64,000 nucleotides of DNA from Massalongia carnosa (GCA_965645245.1 OZ287072.1:1798001-1862000), one strand, 5' to 3'; positions 1 to 14,191 are shown, counted from the first letter of the stretch. Notes: generated by a model not told the origin, from the sequence alone. Numbers and translations: made by a program.

Positions 1-2443
1 GCGCATTTGACTTTGTCTAAATTAATCAACTGCTAAATGTTATGAAAAAGCTGAAATTATCTCGCATAATAATTCAATGGGTCAAGCATTTCATGACAAA
101 GCGATCGATCAATTTGATATTTGATGAAAATTTAAGCAAAACATATTATGTCGAATCAGGAATTCCACAAGGCTCACCAATCTCGCCTATTCTATTTCTG
201 ATTTACATTCGTCACTTGTTTCCGAAAATACGAATGAAATTTAATGCACATTCTCCCAGTTTTATTGACGATGTTGCAATATATGTCGAAAATAAAACTG
301 CAAAACAGAATTGCAAAGAAATCGAAATCATAGTCAAAACGGCCTTTGATTGGGCCGCATCGAATAATGTCAAATTTGATGACGATAAATCCGAGCTGAT
401 TCACTTCGAAAAGACAAGAAATGTATCGAAAGACACATTGGAATTACCAAACGGGACAGTACTAGAACCGAAAAATGTAGTCAAATGGTTGGGCGTCTGG
501 TTAGACCGAAAACTAAATTTCAAAAAACACGTCGAAACGCGGATCTCTTCTGCGAATCGATCGTTTTTTGCAATTCAGAATTTGATGAAATCCGAATGGG
601 GTCTGAAACCGACCGCATGCAGACAGCTCTATATGTCATGCATTATTCCTATTTCGGACTACGGCTCAGAAATTTGGTATAATGGTCAAAAGAAATATGA
701 AAAACTATTTCAGAACCTACAAAATCAAATGATTCGAAAGATTTTAGGAACTTTCAAAACCACACCTATTCAGGCGATGGAAATTGAATCACATGTTTTA
801 CCAGTTAAACTTCGATTATTAATGAAAAATAAAAAATACGCAATTCGATTATTGAAGATTGCCGAAAATAACCCTATTTGTCAAAGAATTCCAAACACAT
901 ATTCGATAAAATTCGAAAATATCGGTTTTGACACAAGTTTATGGAACAACAAATATGCCGAATGGAACGAAGACGAAAAACAAACAAATAAACGACATCC
1001 TAGTCAGCTTATTCGCGTTCTTCATTCCGTTTCCGATATAGTTCACAAAACTGATGAATTTGAACAATCAAATCATTTTATTAAACCTTGGAAATCGCCT
1101 TGCAAAATCAAATTTCAAATCGAAAATACAAAGGAATCTGCTAAATCAAGTTATTATTCGACCTTATCCAAAATTAAATCAATGAACTCCGATAAATCCC
1201 GAGTTTTACTTTATACAGATGGATCGAAAATCGAATTTGCAACGTCTGCAGTCACATTTGCGCCAGTTATAAGGAATTGGAGTAATATTATCAATAATTT
1301 TAATCGATTTATCGAAAAAGATTGTCTGATCAAGTATCATACGATTTCGAAAAGCTGGAAATTAAGCAAAAAGTCAAGCATTAAAAATTCTGAACTGCAT
1401 GCGATTTTACAAGCAATGAAATGAGTCTATAAATTGTCGAATACTAATATTTTATCGAACTTAGAAAAAACGATTTGGATTTTTTCTGATAGTATAAACG
1501 CGATAAACGAAATTCAGAACTTGACAAATCATATTTTCGCCAGACAAATTCGAAAGCTCGCAAAAATCTTATTTGAAAGCAATTTTCAGGTGATTTTGCA
1601 ATGGGTTCCGAGTCATTCAAATATTACCGAAAACGAAATTGCAGACAAAATAGCAAAGACGGGCCATAATCAAATCCTAGTCGAGTCCTCGGCGATAACA
1701 TTTGATTATGTAAAAGATCAAATAAATCAAAATATGCTAACCACATGGAGGAATCAATGGCAACAATGCAAATCAAAAGGCAAATACTACGAGAAATTCG
1801 AAATGAAACCTGGCATATCGAGATTTTATTATTTATCAAACAACTGTTCCAAATTGATATTTGCTACTATTATGCAATTAAAATTCGGACACGGCTATTT
1901 TCGATCTTATTTACAGCGATTCAAAGATTATAATTCGTCAAAATGCACAAATCGATGCAATCAACGACAAACGCCAGAACACTTGTTATTGAATTGCATT
2001 CACTATTTCGATGAAATTCAAAACATGAAACAAAATATCGATACTACCATCAACATGAATATGTTGTTTAATACAAAAATCGGAAATGACATTTTGATTA
2101 AATTCATTGTCAATAACAAAATCGCGACAAGAAAATGGATACTAGGTCAGCTTGATGACGAGATTTTCGAAACTGGAGGTTGGGGAGAGATCGAACAGTA
2201 AAATCAGAAACGATTTATGCTGAAACATTCACGAACTTACAAAGACAAATTTTAAAATCGATATTCTTCGATTACTATAGGTTGTTACTAACACGGAGTA
2301 AAAATGGGGAAAAATTGACAATACATAGATGGGTTATAAAGGGTTGATTTATTTGTAATATAGAAACATATCCTAAAATAGTTTAGTGTCATAACCTTAG
2401 GTTGAATACACTTAATGAATAAATAAAAAAAAAAAAAAAAAAA
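1..2443 (+). mobile_element. LINE family A (Tad-like, RT + RNase H), copy 1; 3' part only, runs off window start
   Basis: RT motifs GIPQGSPISP and SFIDD; RNase H motifs YTDGS / ELHAI / IFSDS / QWVPSH / NEIAD; C-terminal C..C...QTPEHLLLNC; 3' UTR ending in A-rich tail at 2418-2443. In-frame TGA at 1422-1424 where other copies have TGG. Confidence 0.95.
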
Positions 2444-5400
2444 GATGTAGGTTGCGAAATGTTTATCTCGCTAAATCCTAGAAAATCGAATGATGAATTA
2501 ATGCTTGGTTAATGGCGGGACAACATTCGTTGACAAATATCGAAAATACACAAAATGTCAAATTTATTCAATATAATTGTGCAAAGTCAACGAATGCAAT
2601 GATTTCGTGTCTGGAATATGCAGTATTAAATCGTGTTGATATTGTTTTATTTCAGGAACCATGGACGCGAGATCAAAAAACAATTTCCCATCCGTCATTC
2701 ACATGTATTATGCCGAAAATAGCGACTTATCGGCCGAGAGTAGCTATATTCGTTACAAAATGCAATCCAAAATTACAATGCACGCCTAGAACGGATCTTA
2801 TAAACGATACTGATATGCAAATTATCGAAATTACAATTGATGAAGTTCGAAAAGTGCAGATCTTTAACCTTTACAATGAAAAAAGTCTAAACGATCGAGA
2901 AACATATACAATCGATCGACTTTTAGTTAAATATCAACCTATATCAACTGATAAATTTGTCATCTGTGGAGATTTCAATTCACATCATAGCTGGTGGAAT
3001 TCGAAGATTCAAAATGCAATTCGATCAGAAAATCTAGTCAAATGGTTAAAATTAAACAAATGTAGTTTGATAAATACGCCTGATCTATATACATTTTTTG
3101 CTCATTCAGGAAACTCTTCATCTATTATTGATTTAACATTTGCAAATTCTAAAATCGAAAACGCAATTACAAATTGGTCAATCGATGAAAACGCAGTCAC
3201 GGGTTCAGATCATGAAGTTATTCGATTTGAACTTATCGCGTCTTTCAAGAACTTGACGTCACACGCAACCGCATTATCGAATAAATACAACTGCAATAAA
3301 GCCGATTGGGATAAATTCGCGAAGTTTCTAGAGGAAAATGCAATAAACTACGAGTCCCAAATACAAAGTCTATTGAACAATTATCAATTTGATGAATCAG
3401 CGTTATATTTGCAAAACGTTATCAAAAACGCGGCTGAAATGTTTATTCCGAAAACAAAAATATGCGCAAAATCGAAAAATTGGTGGTCGCAAGATTTAAC
3501 CGGACTTCGAAAAATCATGTGTAGACATCGTCGAAAATGGAAGAATAATCCGTCCTATTTTAGTCATCAAACATTTAGACATAGTCGAATCGAGTACTTT
3601 CATGCAATTCGAAAAGCGAAACAGCAAACTTGGTTGGCTTTCCTCGAAAACGCAGCGAATAAAGACGTATTTACAGCTTATAAATACACTAAACCGCGCA
3701 TGTTCGAAAAAATACCACCTATTCAATATGAAAATAAGTTAAAAGTTCAATTAGATCACAAATGCGATGCGTTTGTGTCAGCAATTTACACAAAAAACCC
3801 GTTCACGGATGATAATATTGAAGATTTAACGAATCAAGACAGCGAAAATGACAACAATTGGCCGAATTTAACCGAAAATGAATTGCAAAATGCGATTAGT
3901 TTGTTTAATCCAAAGAAATCATGTAGACCTGATGCAATCAATTTCACAATAATTCAAAAATCGTTTCAACCATTGAAAAACTTGTTTTTTACTATTTATT
4001 CTAAATTTATACAAATCGGTTATCACCCGTTATGTTGGCGAACAGGACTCGGTGCTGTTTTAAAAAAAACCTAATAAACCAGACTACTCGCTGCCAAAAT
4101 CATATCGAATTATTACCTTACTGAATTGTCTTGGTAAAAATTGCGGAGAAAATAGTTGATAATCGACTAGCCTACCTCGGCGAAAATTCGAGCTTGTTAG
4201 ATACCGAACAAATGGGCGGACGCAAAAATGATTCTGCAATCGATACGGTAATAAACGTCGTTCATGATATCGAAATAGCAAACCGAAACAAAAACGTTTT
4301 ATCATGTCTATTACTCGATGTCAAAGGAGCATTTGACTTTGTTTCGATTAATCAATTGCTAAATGTCATGAAAAAGCTGCATTTATCTCGCATAGTTATT
4401 CAATGGGTCAAGCATTTTATGATAAAACGATCGATCAATTTGATATTCGATGAACACAAAAGCAAAACGTACTATGTCGAATCTGGAATTCCACAAGGTT
4501 CACCAATTTCGCCAATTCTATTTCTGATTTATATTCGTTACTTATTTCCGAAAATACGAATGAAATTCAATGCTCATTCACCTAGCTTTATAGACGATGT
4601 TGCAATATATGTCGAAAATAAAACTGCCACACAGAATTGCAAAGAAATCGAAATTATCGTCAAAACAGCTTTGATTGGGCCGCAACGAATAATGTCAAAT
4701 TTGATGACGACAAATCTGAGTTGATTCACTTCGAAAAGTCAAGAAATGCATCAAAAGACAAAGTGCAATTACCAAACGGGACAATACTAGAACCGAAAAT
4801 TTTGTCAAATGGTTAGGAGTCTGGTTAGACCGAAAACTAAATTACAAAAAACACGTCGAAACGCGAATTGCTTCTGCAAATCGATCGTTTTTCGCAATTC
4901 AAAATTTGATGAAGTCTGAATGGGGACTAAAGCCAACTGCATGCAGACAGCTCTATCTGTCATGCATTATTCCTATTTCGGACTATGGCTCAGAAATCTG
5001 GTATAACGGTCAAAAGAAATATGAAAAGCTATTTCAGAATCTGCAAAATCGAATGATTCGAAAGATTTTAGGCACATTCAAATCCACGCCTGTTCAGGCG
5101 ATGGAAATTGAATCGCATATTTTACCAGCCAAGCTACGATTGTTGATGAAAAATCAAAAATACGCAATTCGATTATTGAAGATTGCCGAAAATAATCCTA
5201 TTTGTCAAAGAATTCCCAGTACCTATTCTGTGAAATTCGAAAACATCGGTTTGACACTAGTTTATGGAACAACAGATATGCTGAATGGAACGAAGACAAG
5301 AAAAAATCGAGTAAACCTCATCCTAGTCAGCTTATCCGTATTCTTCATTCCGTTTCGGATATAGTTCACAAAACTGATAAATTCGAATCAGTAAATAATT

Positions 5401-6407
5401 TCATCAAACCATGGAAGCCGTATTGTAAAATCAAGTTCCAAATCGAAAGATCAAAAGAAACAGCAAAGTCAAGTTATTATTCGACTTTATCAAAAATTCA
5501 ATCAATAAACGCCGATAAATCGCAAATAATACTCTATACCGATGAATCAAAAAAGTTTTCAACTTCCGCTATCACATTTGCACCAATTACGCGAAATTGG
5601 AACAATTTCACCGATAACTTCAATCGTTTTATCGAAAAATATTGTCTCCTCAAACATCATACGATTTCGAAAAGCTGGAAATTAAACAAACAGTCAAGCG
5701 TTAAAAACGCTGAACTGTATGCGATACTAAAAGCAATAAAATGGGCATACAAATTGACATTTGCGAATATTCTCTTCAATTTGGAAAAAACGATTTGGAT
5801 TTTTTCCGATAGCATAAACGCGATAAACGAAATTCAGAACTTGACAAATCATACTTACGCAAAACAAATTCGAAAATTCTCGAAATGCTTATTCGGAAAC
5901 AATTATCAGGTGGTTCTACAATGGATTCCTAGTCATTCGAAAATCGTCGAAAATGAAATTGCAGATAAAGCAGCAAAAGCGGGACATAGTCGAATCCTAG
6001 TCGAGTCTTCGATAATAACATTTGATTATGTAAAGGGTCAAATAAATCGAAATATGTTAGCTACATTGGCGAATCAATGGCAACAATCCAAGTCAAAAGG
6101 CAAATACTATGAGAAATTCGAAATGCAGCCGGGCAAATCTAGTTTTTATTATCTGTCGAATAATTGTTCGAAATTAATATTTGCGACTATTATGCAAATG
6201 AAATTCGGACACGGTTATTTTCGATCATTTCTGCACCGATTGAAAGATTATAATTCGTCAAAATGCACAGGGCGCTGCAACGAACGTCAAACGCCAGAAG
6301 ACTTTTTGATGAATTGCATACATTATTCAAATGAAATCCTAAACATGAAACAAAATATCGATACCACAATTACTTTAAAAATGTTTTTTAATACTAGGAT
6401 CGGAAAA
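2444..6407 (+). mobile_element. LINE family A, copy 2 (more diverged); end of ORF1 plus frameshifted ORF2 (APE endonuclease, RT, RNase H); 3' truncated
   Basis: Starts directly after the copy 1 poly(A) with the ORF1 C-terminus, then TAATG stop-start at 2510-2514. APE motifs QYNC, FQEPW, GDFNSH, IDLTF, SDH. Several frameshifts. Similarity to copies 1 and 3 stops near 6407. Confidence 0.92.
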
Positions 6408-6738
6408 CAACAAGAAACACAAGTACTGCAACTTTTGATACACTATAACTTTAACAGTCAATTGAGCCTCTATTTCTCAGTCATTTGCGCTCCTCCAGAG
6501 CATAAACGCTCTCAGATTGAGTGTAGGAGAGCTCTAGCAAAGCTTCAGCAGAGTTTTTCTGATGGTCGCACGCGACCGACGTGATAAAGCGCGCTCTAGA
6601 AGTTGGAAAAAACAACAAATACCAACAACCTCACCAAAAATCGCTCTTTTTTCTTGTTTTCTTCTGTTCTGTTGTCGCATGACCTTCCATTATTACTATA
6701 AAAATTATCTACAAAAATTATCTACTCTCGCGGGACTG
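6408..6738 (-). mobile_element. Possible terminal fragment of a Tc1-like DNA transposon
   Basis: Minus strand reads TA|CAGTCCCGCG..., resembling the 5' terminus (TA|CAGTCCCGTG) of the two Tc1 elements later in the window; no partner end or transposase recognised. Confidence 0.35.
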
Positions 6739-8093
6739 TACAACAACTGTCGCGACGTCAGAGTCTTCTAAAGTTCATTCCTCATTTAAGGTTACGGGAA
6801 CTTCCGCAAGCACAAATTTTCATAGCATATTTCACGTATAATTTTTGCACATTCCATTTTCGGCTTTATAGATCTTCGTTGAACGGCCGGTCAACAGATC
6901 ACTGAAAAGAAGGGGAAAAACGTCTGGAATCGGATTATACCAAAGGTCCTGTTTCAGATTAATCAGAATAAGAAGTCTCCTATTGTCTTACATTGCTTTG
7001 AAATTTATCTTTATTGAAAAAAGCAAAAAAAAAACTTTCATTATTTTCACCTATTGTAGTGTCTGGTAAAGGGTTAAATAAGACTTACTGCCTTAGCGAG
7101 GAACGGTCTATTTTAACCCGATTAGGGTAATTTGACGCGTTATATTCAAATAAATAGGGATAGGAAAGAAAGAGTCATTTGACCAGTAAACAAACAGGTG
7201 TAAATTCTATTCTGACTAGTACGTCCGGGGAAAGTCAGAATAAATTATTTGGTGGCGATAAAAGGGATATTGCAAAGGCAAAAACACTATGCTCAATCGA
7301 AGATTTAACCCGATAGATCATAGACCAAATCGATTGATACCAACAACTCCTCCCCTAGGCCCCCCTCCACAACATCTATGGGTCCCCCCGAGTACTCCCC
7401 CGTGCCCCCCCCGAACCGACTCCCCCACGCCATCTTCGGTAGCGATAATTGGGAGCAACCCCCTAACCGTAGAATCCACGGAGGCCATGGACCAAACGCG
7501 AGAATTTTCGTCCGCACCGTCCACACCCACCCCAAAAACGAAACCTTTTGTCGCGCCATCTGGTGAATTCAGTATCAATCTGCCCATGCCATCATTGAAT
7601 TCTGATATTCGACTGTGTCCACCAATTAAACGCAACAAAAGACGAACATTTGACGAACATTCGATTGAGAGTCAAGAAGTCATCAATCGATCAAAATCGA
7701 TTCAACTATTGAATACGGCAAAAAATGCATTATTAGAGTCATTCGTAATAGATCAAAACCCCGAAACGGCTATGGTCATCGATCACGTCAATTCTCTACT
7801 GGCAAAGAAATCGATCAAGCCAAAAGCAACGTTAGAAATGATTGATTGGAAATTGAATAGGGTGCTAGAACAAACTAGCCAAATTCCAGAAACAAAGAGA
7901 CAATCGCTGCATCCTGTACAGACAGAATCGAAGGGAAATTCAAATTGAAATTCGAAATTGACTAAAAACGTCAACCCAGAAATTCGGAGCGAAACCGCCG
8001 GAGTCCCAGGGCCGCAGGTCAACGATACAGCTAGAACATGGAGCCAAATGCTCGGAAAAGCGACTGTCAATTCCGAAAATTGGACTACCGTTC

Positions 8094-8589
8094 TGTAATA
8101 GCGCGGCAATACAGGACTGCGCTAGCTCCTGGGATGACTCACCCAAGAAGACCGGGTGACTGATAATCCGGATTCTTAGTCATGATAAGGCGGATAGCAA
8201 TACTAAGCCATCAGCAATCAGCCTTACCAGTTTGTTAGGCAGCAACTGAAGCTATTCAGATAAGCCCCGATCTCATGGGAGGCCTGGGACGCCTAGGAGA
8301 CCTCAGCTGAAGGCAACAAGGCTATCTGCTAGACCTCAGCTGAAGGCAACAAGGTTATCTGCTAGACCTCAGCTGAAGGCAGCAATGCTATCTACTAGAC
8401 CTTAGCTGAAGGCAACAAGGCAGACAGGTAACCAGACAAGTAGTTAGTAAATAGGACCCCAAGGGGTATATAGAAAGCTCGATTCCCATCTTCAGGGAAT
8501 CAGCTTTTAGCTTTAGCACCTACCAATCTATTAGCAGTCACACTGAGCATTATAACCCATAAGGACTAGTGTCTACTGTCCCTCTTATA
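8094..8589. mobile_element. Solo LTR (496 bp)
   Basis: 5-bp TSD CGTTC at 8089-8093 and 8590-8594; termini TGTAA...TTATA (terminal CA apparently mutated to TA). Confidence 0.88.
8298..8420 (+). repeat. 33-bp tandem repeat (~3.7 units) inside the solo LTR
   Basis: AGACCTCAGCTGAAGGCAACAAGGCTATCTGCT repeated head-to-tail with few substitutions and no spacers. Confidence 0.9.
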
Positions 8590-9447
8590 CGTTCCTCGAT
8601 CCAAAAAAACAAACAAGAACAACAACAATAATTCGAATGCGAACAAATTCGATAATACTGACGATTTCAAGGCGATCAAATCTCGACGATTGATAATCAC
8701 ACCGAAAGCTCAAATCGGCGATATCGATTCACTGTTGCTTCGAAACCAAATCAATTCGCTTTTTAAAGACGCAAAATTGACTATCGTTGTTAACACGGTC
8801 GAAAAGTCCAAAACGGGTCAAAACATCGTTCTGACTACTAGTCCTGATAACACTGCTGAAGATTTATTGAACAATTAATCAATATGGGAGCATTTATTCG
8901 ACCCACGAACAGTTCGAAAGGACGAATCGTGGTTCAAAGTCGTCACACACGGTGTAAATATTGCAACATTTGATGAAAACATGCAATATTTGCAAGACGA
9001 AATTCAAAAGTTCAATTTGAACATACAATTATGCGATGTTCCCAGATGGCTAGCACGTGATCGTCATAACAAGATCAAATCATCCGTTGTATTGACATTC
9101 AATGATCGAAATATGGCCTTGAACGCGTTAAAAGGAGTCAATATCGCGGGCCGACATTGTGACACGGAAATATTTACCTCCGTTCGTCCAAACACAGAGT
9201 GCATTAATTGTCAAAAATTTGGACACAAGCATTATCAATGCAAAAGTCAAGCGAAATGCAGCATATGTGCGCAAAACCATGAAACACGCAATCATGAATG
9301 CACAACATGCAAGTCAAAAATTGCTTGTGCACACGTCGTCGTCAAATGCGCGAATTGCAACAAGAATCATCAATCCAATGATGAAAATTGTGAAATGGTT
9401 ATATCGTTAAATGTTCGAAAATCGACTGACGAATTAGCCGCTTTGTA

Positions 9448-12400
9448 ATGGCAGGACAGCATTCGTTGACAAACATCGAAAATACACAAAATGTTAAATT
9501 TATTCAACATAATTGTGCAAAGTCAACGAATACAATGATATCGTGTTTGGAATATGCTTTATCAAATCAAATTGATATTGTATTGTTTCAGGAACCATGG
9601 ACACGAGATCAAAAGACAATATCACATCCGTCATTTACATGTATTATGCCAAAAATAGCGACTTATCGCTCGGGAGTAGCTATATTTGTCACAAATGGCA
9701 ATTCCAAACTGCAATGCACGCCTAGAACGGATCTTATTGACGATTCCGATATGCAAATTATGGAAATTACAATTGATGAAGTTCGAAAAGTGCAGATTTT
9801 CAATATTTATAACGAAAAAAGTCAAAGTGATCGAGAAACATACACGATCGATCGACTTCTAATCCAATTACAACCTAAATCAACTGATCAATTCGTCATC
9901 TGTGGAGATTTCAATGCACATCATAAATGGTGGAATTCGAAAATTCAACAAGCAATTCGATCAGAAAATCTTGTCAAATGGTTGAAATTAAACAGGTGTA
10001 GCTTGATAAACACACCTGACTTATGTACATTCTACAACCATTCTGGAAGTTCTTCATCTGTTATTGATTTAACTTTTGGAAATTCTAAAATCGAAAATGC
10101 AATTACAAACTGGGCAATCGATGAAAACGCAGTCACAGGTTCTGATCATGAAGTCATCCGATTTGAACTAATCGCATCTTTCAAAAACTTGACGTCACAT
10201 GCAACCGCATTATCGAATAAATACAATTGCAATAAAGCCGATTGGAATAAATTCGCGAAGTATCTAGACGAAAATTCAACCATCTACGAATCACAAGTTG
10301 AAAGTTTATTGAATAATCATCAATTCGCCGAATCAGCGATATATTTGCAAAACGTTATCAAAAACGCGGCTGAAATGTTTATTCCGAAAACGAAAATTTG
10401 TGCAAAATCAAAAAATTGGTGGTCGCAAGATTTAACTGAACTTCGAAAAACCATGTGCAGACATCGTCGAGAATAGAAGAATTATCCGTCCGATTTTAGT
10501 CACGGACGTTTAAACATAGTCGAATCCAGTATTTTCATGCAATTCGAAAAGCAAAACAACAAACGTGGTTCACTTTTTCTAGAAAATGCAGCAAATAAAG
10601 ATGTATTTACCGCGTATAAATACACTAAACCGCGCATATTCGAAAAAATACCGCCGATTCTACATGAAAACAAGCTAAATGTACAGTTTGATGACAAATG
10701 CGATGCATTTGTGTCAGCAATGTATACAAAAAACCCATTTATTGAAGATAATGAGGAAGATTTATCAAATCAAGACAGCGAAAATGATGATAATTGGCCA
10801 GATTTGACCGAAAACGAGTTGAAAAATGCGATTAGTTTATTTAATCCGAAGAAAGCATGTGGACCTGATGCAATCAATTTTACAATTGTTTAAAAATCGT
10901 TTCAATCGTTGAAAAACGTGTTTTTCATGATTTATTCGAAATTCATTCGAATCGGTTATCACCCGTTATGCTGGCGGACAGGACTCGGTGCAGTTCTGAA
11001 AAAACCTAATAAATCAGACTATTCGTTTCCAAAATCATATCGAATTATCACATTACTAAATTGTCTTGGTAAAATTGCTGAGAAAATCGTTGCAAATCGA
11101 CTAGCCTACCTCGACGAAAATTCGAATTTACTCGATATCGAACAGATAGGCGGACGCAAAAATCATTCTGCAATTGACGCAGTAATGAACGTTGTTCATG
11201 ATATTGAAATTGCAAATAGAAATAGAAACGTCTTATCATGTTTATTACTCGATGTCAAAGGCGCATTTGACTTTGTCTCGATTAATCAACTGCTAAATGT
11301 TATGAAAAAGCTGAAATTATCTCGCATAATAATTCAATGGGTCAAGCATTTCATGACAAAACGATCGATCAATTTGATATTTGATGAAAATTTAAGCAAA
11401 ACAAATTATGTCGAATCAGGAATTCCACAAGGCTCACCAATCTCGCCTATTCTATTTCTGATTTACATTCGTCACTTGTTTCCGAAAATACGAATGAAAT
11501 TCAATGCACATTCTCCCAGTTTTATTGACGATGTTGCAATATATGTCGAAAATAAAACTGCAAAACAGAATTGTAAAGAAATCGAAATCATAGTCAAAAG
11601 GGCTTTTGATTGGGCCGCATCGAATAATATCAAATTTGATGACGATAAATCCGAGCTGATTCACTTTGAAAAGACAAGAAATTTATCGAAAGACACATTG
11701 GAATTACCAAACGGGACAATACTAGAACCGAAAAATGTAGTCAAATGGTTCGGCGTCTGGTTAGACCGAAAACTAAATTTCAAAAAAAACGTCGAAACGC
11801 GGATCTCTTCTGCGATTCGATCGTTTTTTGCAATTCAGAATTTGATGAAATCCGAATGGGGTCTGAAACCGACCGCATGCAGACAGCTCTATATGTCATG
11901 CATTATTCCTATTTCGGACTACGGCTCAGAAATTTGGTATAATGGTCAAAAGAAATATGAAAAACTATTTCAGAACCTACAAATCAAATGATTCGAAAGA
12001 TTGTAGGAACTTTCAAAACCACACCTGTTCAGGCGATGGAAATTGAATCACATGTTTTACCAGTTAAACTTCGATTATTAATGAAAAATCAAAAATACGC
12101 AATTCGATTATTGAAGATTGCCGAAAATAACCCTATTTGTCAAAGAATTCCAAACACATATTCGACAAAATTCGAAAATATCGGTTTTGACACAAGTTTA
12201 TGGAACAACAAATATGTCGAATGGAACGAAGACGAAAAACAAACAAATAAACGACATCCTAGTCAGCTTATTCGCGTTCTTCATTCCGTTTCCGACATAG
12301 TTCACAAAACTGATGAATTTGAACAATCAAATCATTTTATTAAACCTTGGAAATCGCCTTGCAAAATTGAATTTCAAATCGAAAATACAAAGGAATCTGC

Positions 12401-13459
12401 TAAATCAAGTTATTATTCGACCTTATCCAATATTACATCAATGAATTCCGATAAATCCCGAGTTTTACTTTATACAGATGGATCGAAAATCGAATTTGCA
12501 ACGTCTGCAGTCACATTTGCGCCAATTATAAGGAATTGGAGTAATAATATCAATAATTTTAATCGATTTATCGAAAAAGATTGTCTGATCAAGTATCGTA
12601 CGATTTCGAAAAGCTGGAAATTAAGCAAACAGTCAAGTATTAAAAATGCTGAACTGCATGCGATTTTACAACAATGAAATGGGTCTATAAATTGTCGAAT
12701 ACTAATATTTTATCGAACTTAGAAAAAACGATTTGGATTTTTTCTGATAGTATAAACGCGATAAACGAAATTCAGACCTTGACAAATCATATTTTCGCCA
12801 GACAAATTCGAAAGCTCGCAAAACTCTTATTTGAAAGCAATTTTCAGGTGATTTTGCAATGGGTTCCGAGTCATTCAAATATTAGCGAAAACGAAATTGC
12901 AGACAAAATAGCAAAGACGGGCCATAATCAAATCCTAGTCGATTCCTCGGCGATAACATTTGATTATGTAAAAGATCAAATAAATCAAAATATGCTAACC
13001 ACATGGACGAATCAATGGCAACAATGCAAATCAAAAGGCAAATACTACGAGAAATTCGAAATGAAACCTGGCATATCGAGATTTTATTATTTATCAAACA
13101 ACTGCTCCAAATTGATATTTGCTACTATTATGCAATTAAAATTCGGACACGGCTATTTTCGATCATATTTACAGCGATTGAAAGATTATAATTCGTCAAA
13201 ATGCACAAATCGATGCAATCAACGACAAACGCCAGAACACTTGTTATTGAATTGCATTCACTATTTCGATGAAATTCAAAACATGAAACAAAATATCGAT
13301 ACTACGATCAACTTGAATATGTTGTTTAATACAAAAATCGGAAATGACATTTTGATTAAATTTATTGTCAATAACAAAATCGCGACAAGAAAATGGATAC
13401 TAGGTCAGCTTGATGACGAGATTTTCGAAACTGGAGGTTGTGGAGAGATCGAACAGTAA
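9448..13459 (+). pseudogene. LINE ORF2 (APE endonuclease - RT - RNase H - Cys/His domain), broken by stops and frameshifts
   Basis: ORF-track pieces 9448-10476, 10537-10893, 10909-11991, 11988-12677 and 12674-13459 are colinear parts of one polyprotein. Confidence 0.92.
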
Positions 13460-13706
13460 AATCAGAAACGATTTATGCTGAAACATTCACGAAATTACAA
13501 AGACAAATTTTAAAATCGATATTCTTCGATTACTATAGGTTGTTACTAACACGGAGTAAAAATGGGGAAAAATTGACAATACATAGATGGGTTATAAAGG
13601 GTTTATTTATTTGTAATATAGAAACATATCCTAAAATAGTTTAGTGGCATAACCCTAGGTTGAATACACTTAATGAATAAAAAAAAAAAAAAAAAGAGAG
13701 AATAAC

Positions 13707-14191
13707 TGTAATAGGGTAGGCCAAGTATGCGTTCGTTGAACGTAAGACTGGCCTATGTGGCTATGTGGGATATGTACAGCCAAAACAACCACCAAGACAA
13801 TAAGGTCCCGCCTAACCCAGTTAGGCATAGTGTGGGGACTTAACTTATTATGGAGGTGTTTTCGTAGTACACAAAGTATCCCCTCGCCTCGCCTCACCTC
13901 CCCTAGCTCGCCTGCCTAGTCTCATCTACCTGTGTCTTTCGGTGACCGAAGTATTTCGGAGACCGAAAATACCAGGTAGTATGTGCAAGGTACGGAAGAA
14001 GAGCTTAGGTTGTGGATTATCCTATTCTATATAGATCAATGATCAAGCACTTCAAAAGGGTAGCATTTAGTCTACCCTTTGACCCGACCCTACCTATTTT
14101 GTACCTCTATTGCGACTATCACGTTGTGTAGCCCCTGTGGATCCCATCTTCCAGTAGTGAATGCCTGCTGGGAGAAGGTCTCCCCGTTTCA
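13707..14191 (+). mobile_element. Solo LTR (485 bp), same family as the Gypsy element at 27790-34424
   Basis: TG...CA termini; TSD ATAAC at 13702-13706 and 14192-14196; reverse complement of the LTRs at 27790 and 33958. Confidence 0.95.

Larger units (their letters stand above)
7289..9448 (+). pseudogene. LINE ORF1 (gag-like; Pro-rich N-terminus, C-terminal zinc knuckles)
   Basis: CINCQKFGHKHYQC, CSICAQNHETRNHEC, CANCNKNHQSNDENC. Frame is restored across the LTR insertion (WTTV|PRSKKTN); stops at 7946 and 8876. Confidence 0.88.
7170..13695 (+). mobile_element. LINE family A, copy 3; near full-length, decayed, ORF1 interrupted by a solo LTR
   Basis: ORF1 from 7289, ORF2 from 9448, same 3' UTR as copy 1, poly(A) to 13695. 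5' boundary approximate; no TSD found. Confidence 0.92.

Noticed and set aside
8298..8420. 33-bp repeats resembling a CRISPR array
   Set aside because: Units are contiguous with no unique spacers, lie inside a TSD-flanked LTR, and the context is eukaryotic with no cas genes.
7160..13706. Target-site duplication for LINE copy 3
   Set aside because: Sequence after the poly(A) (GAGAGAATAAC...) has no convincing match upstream of ORF1.
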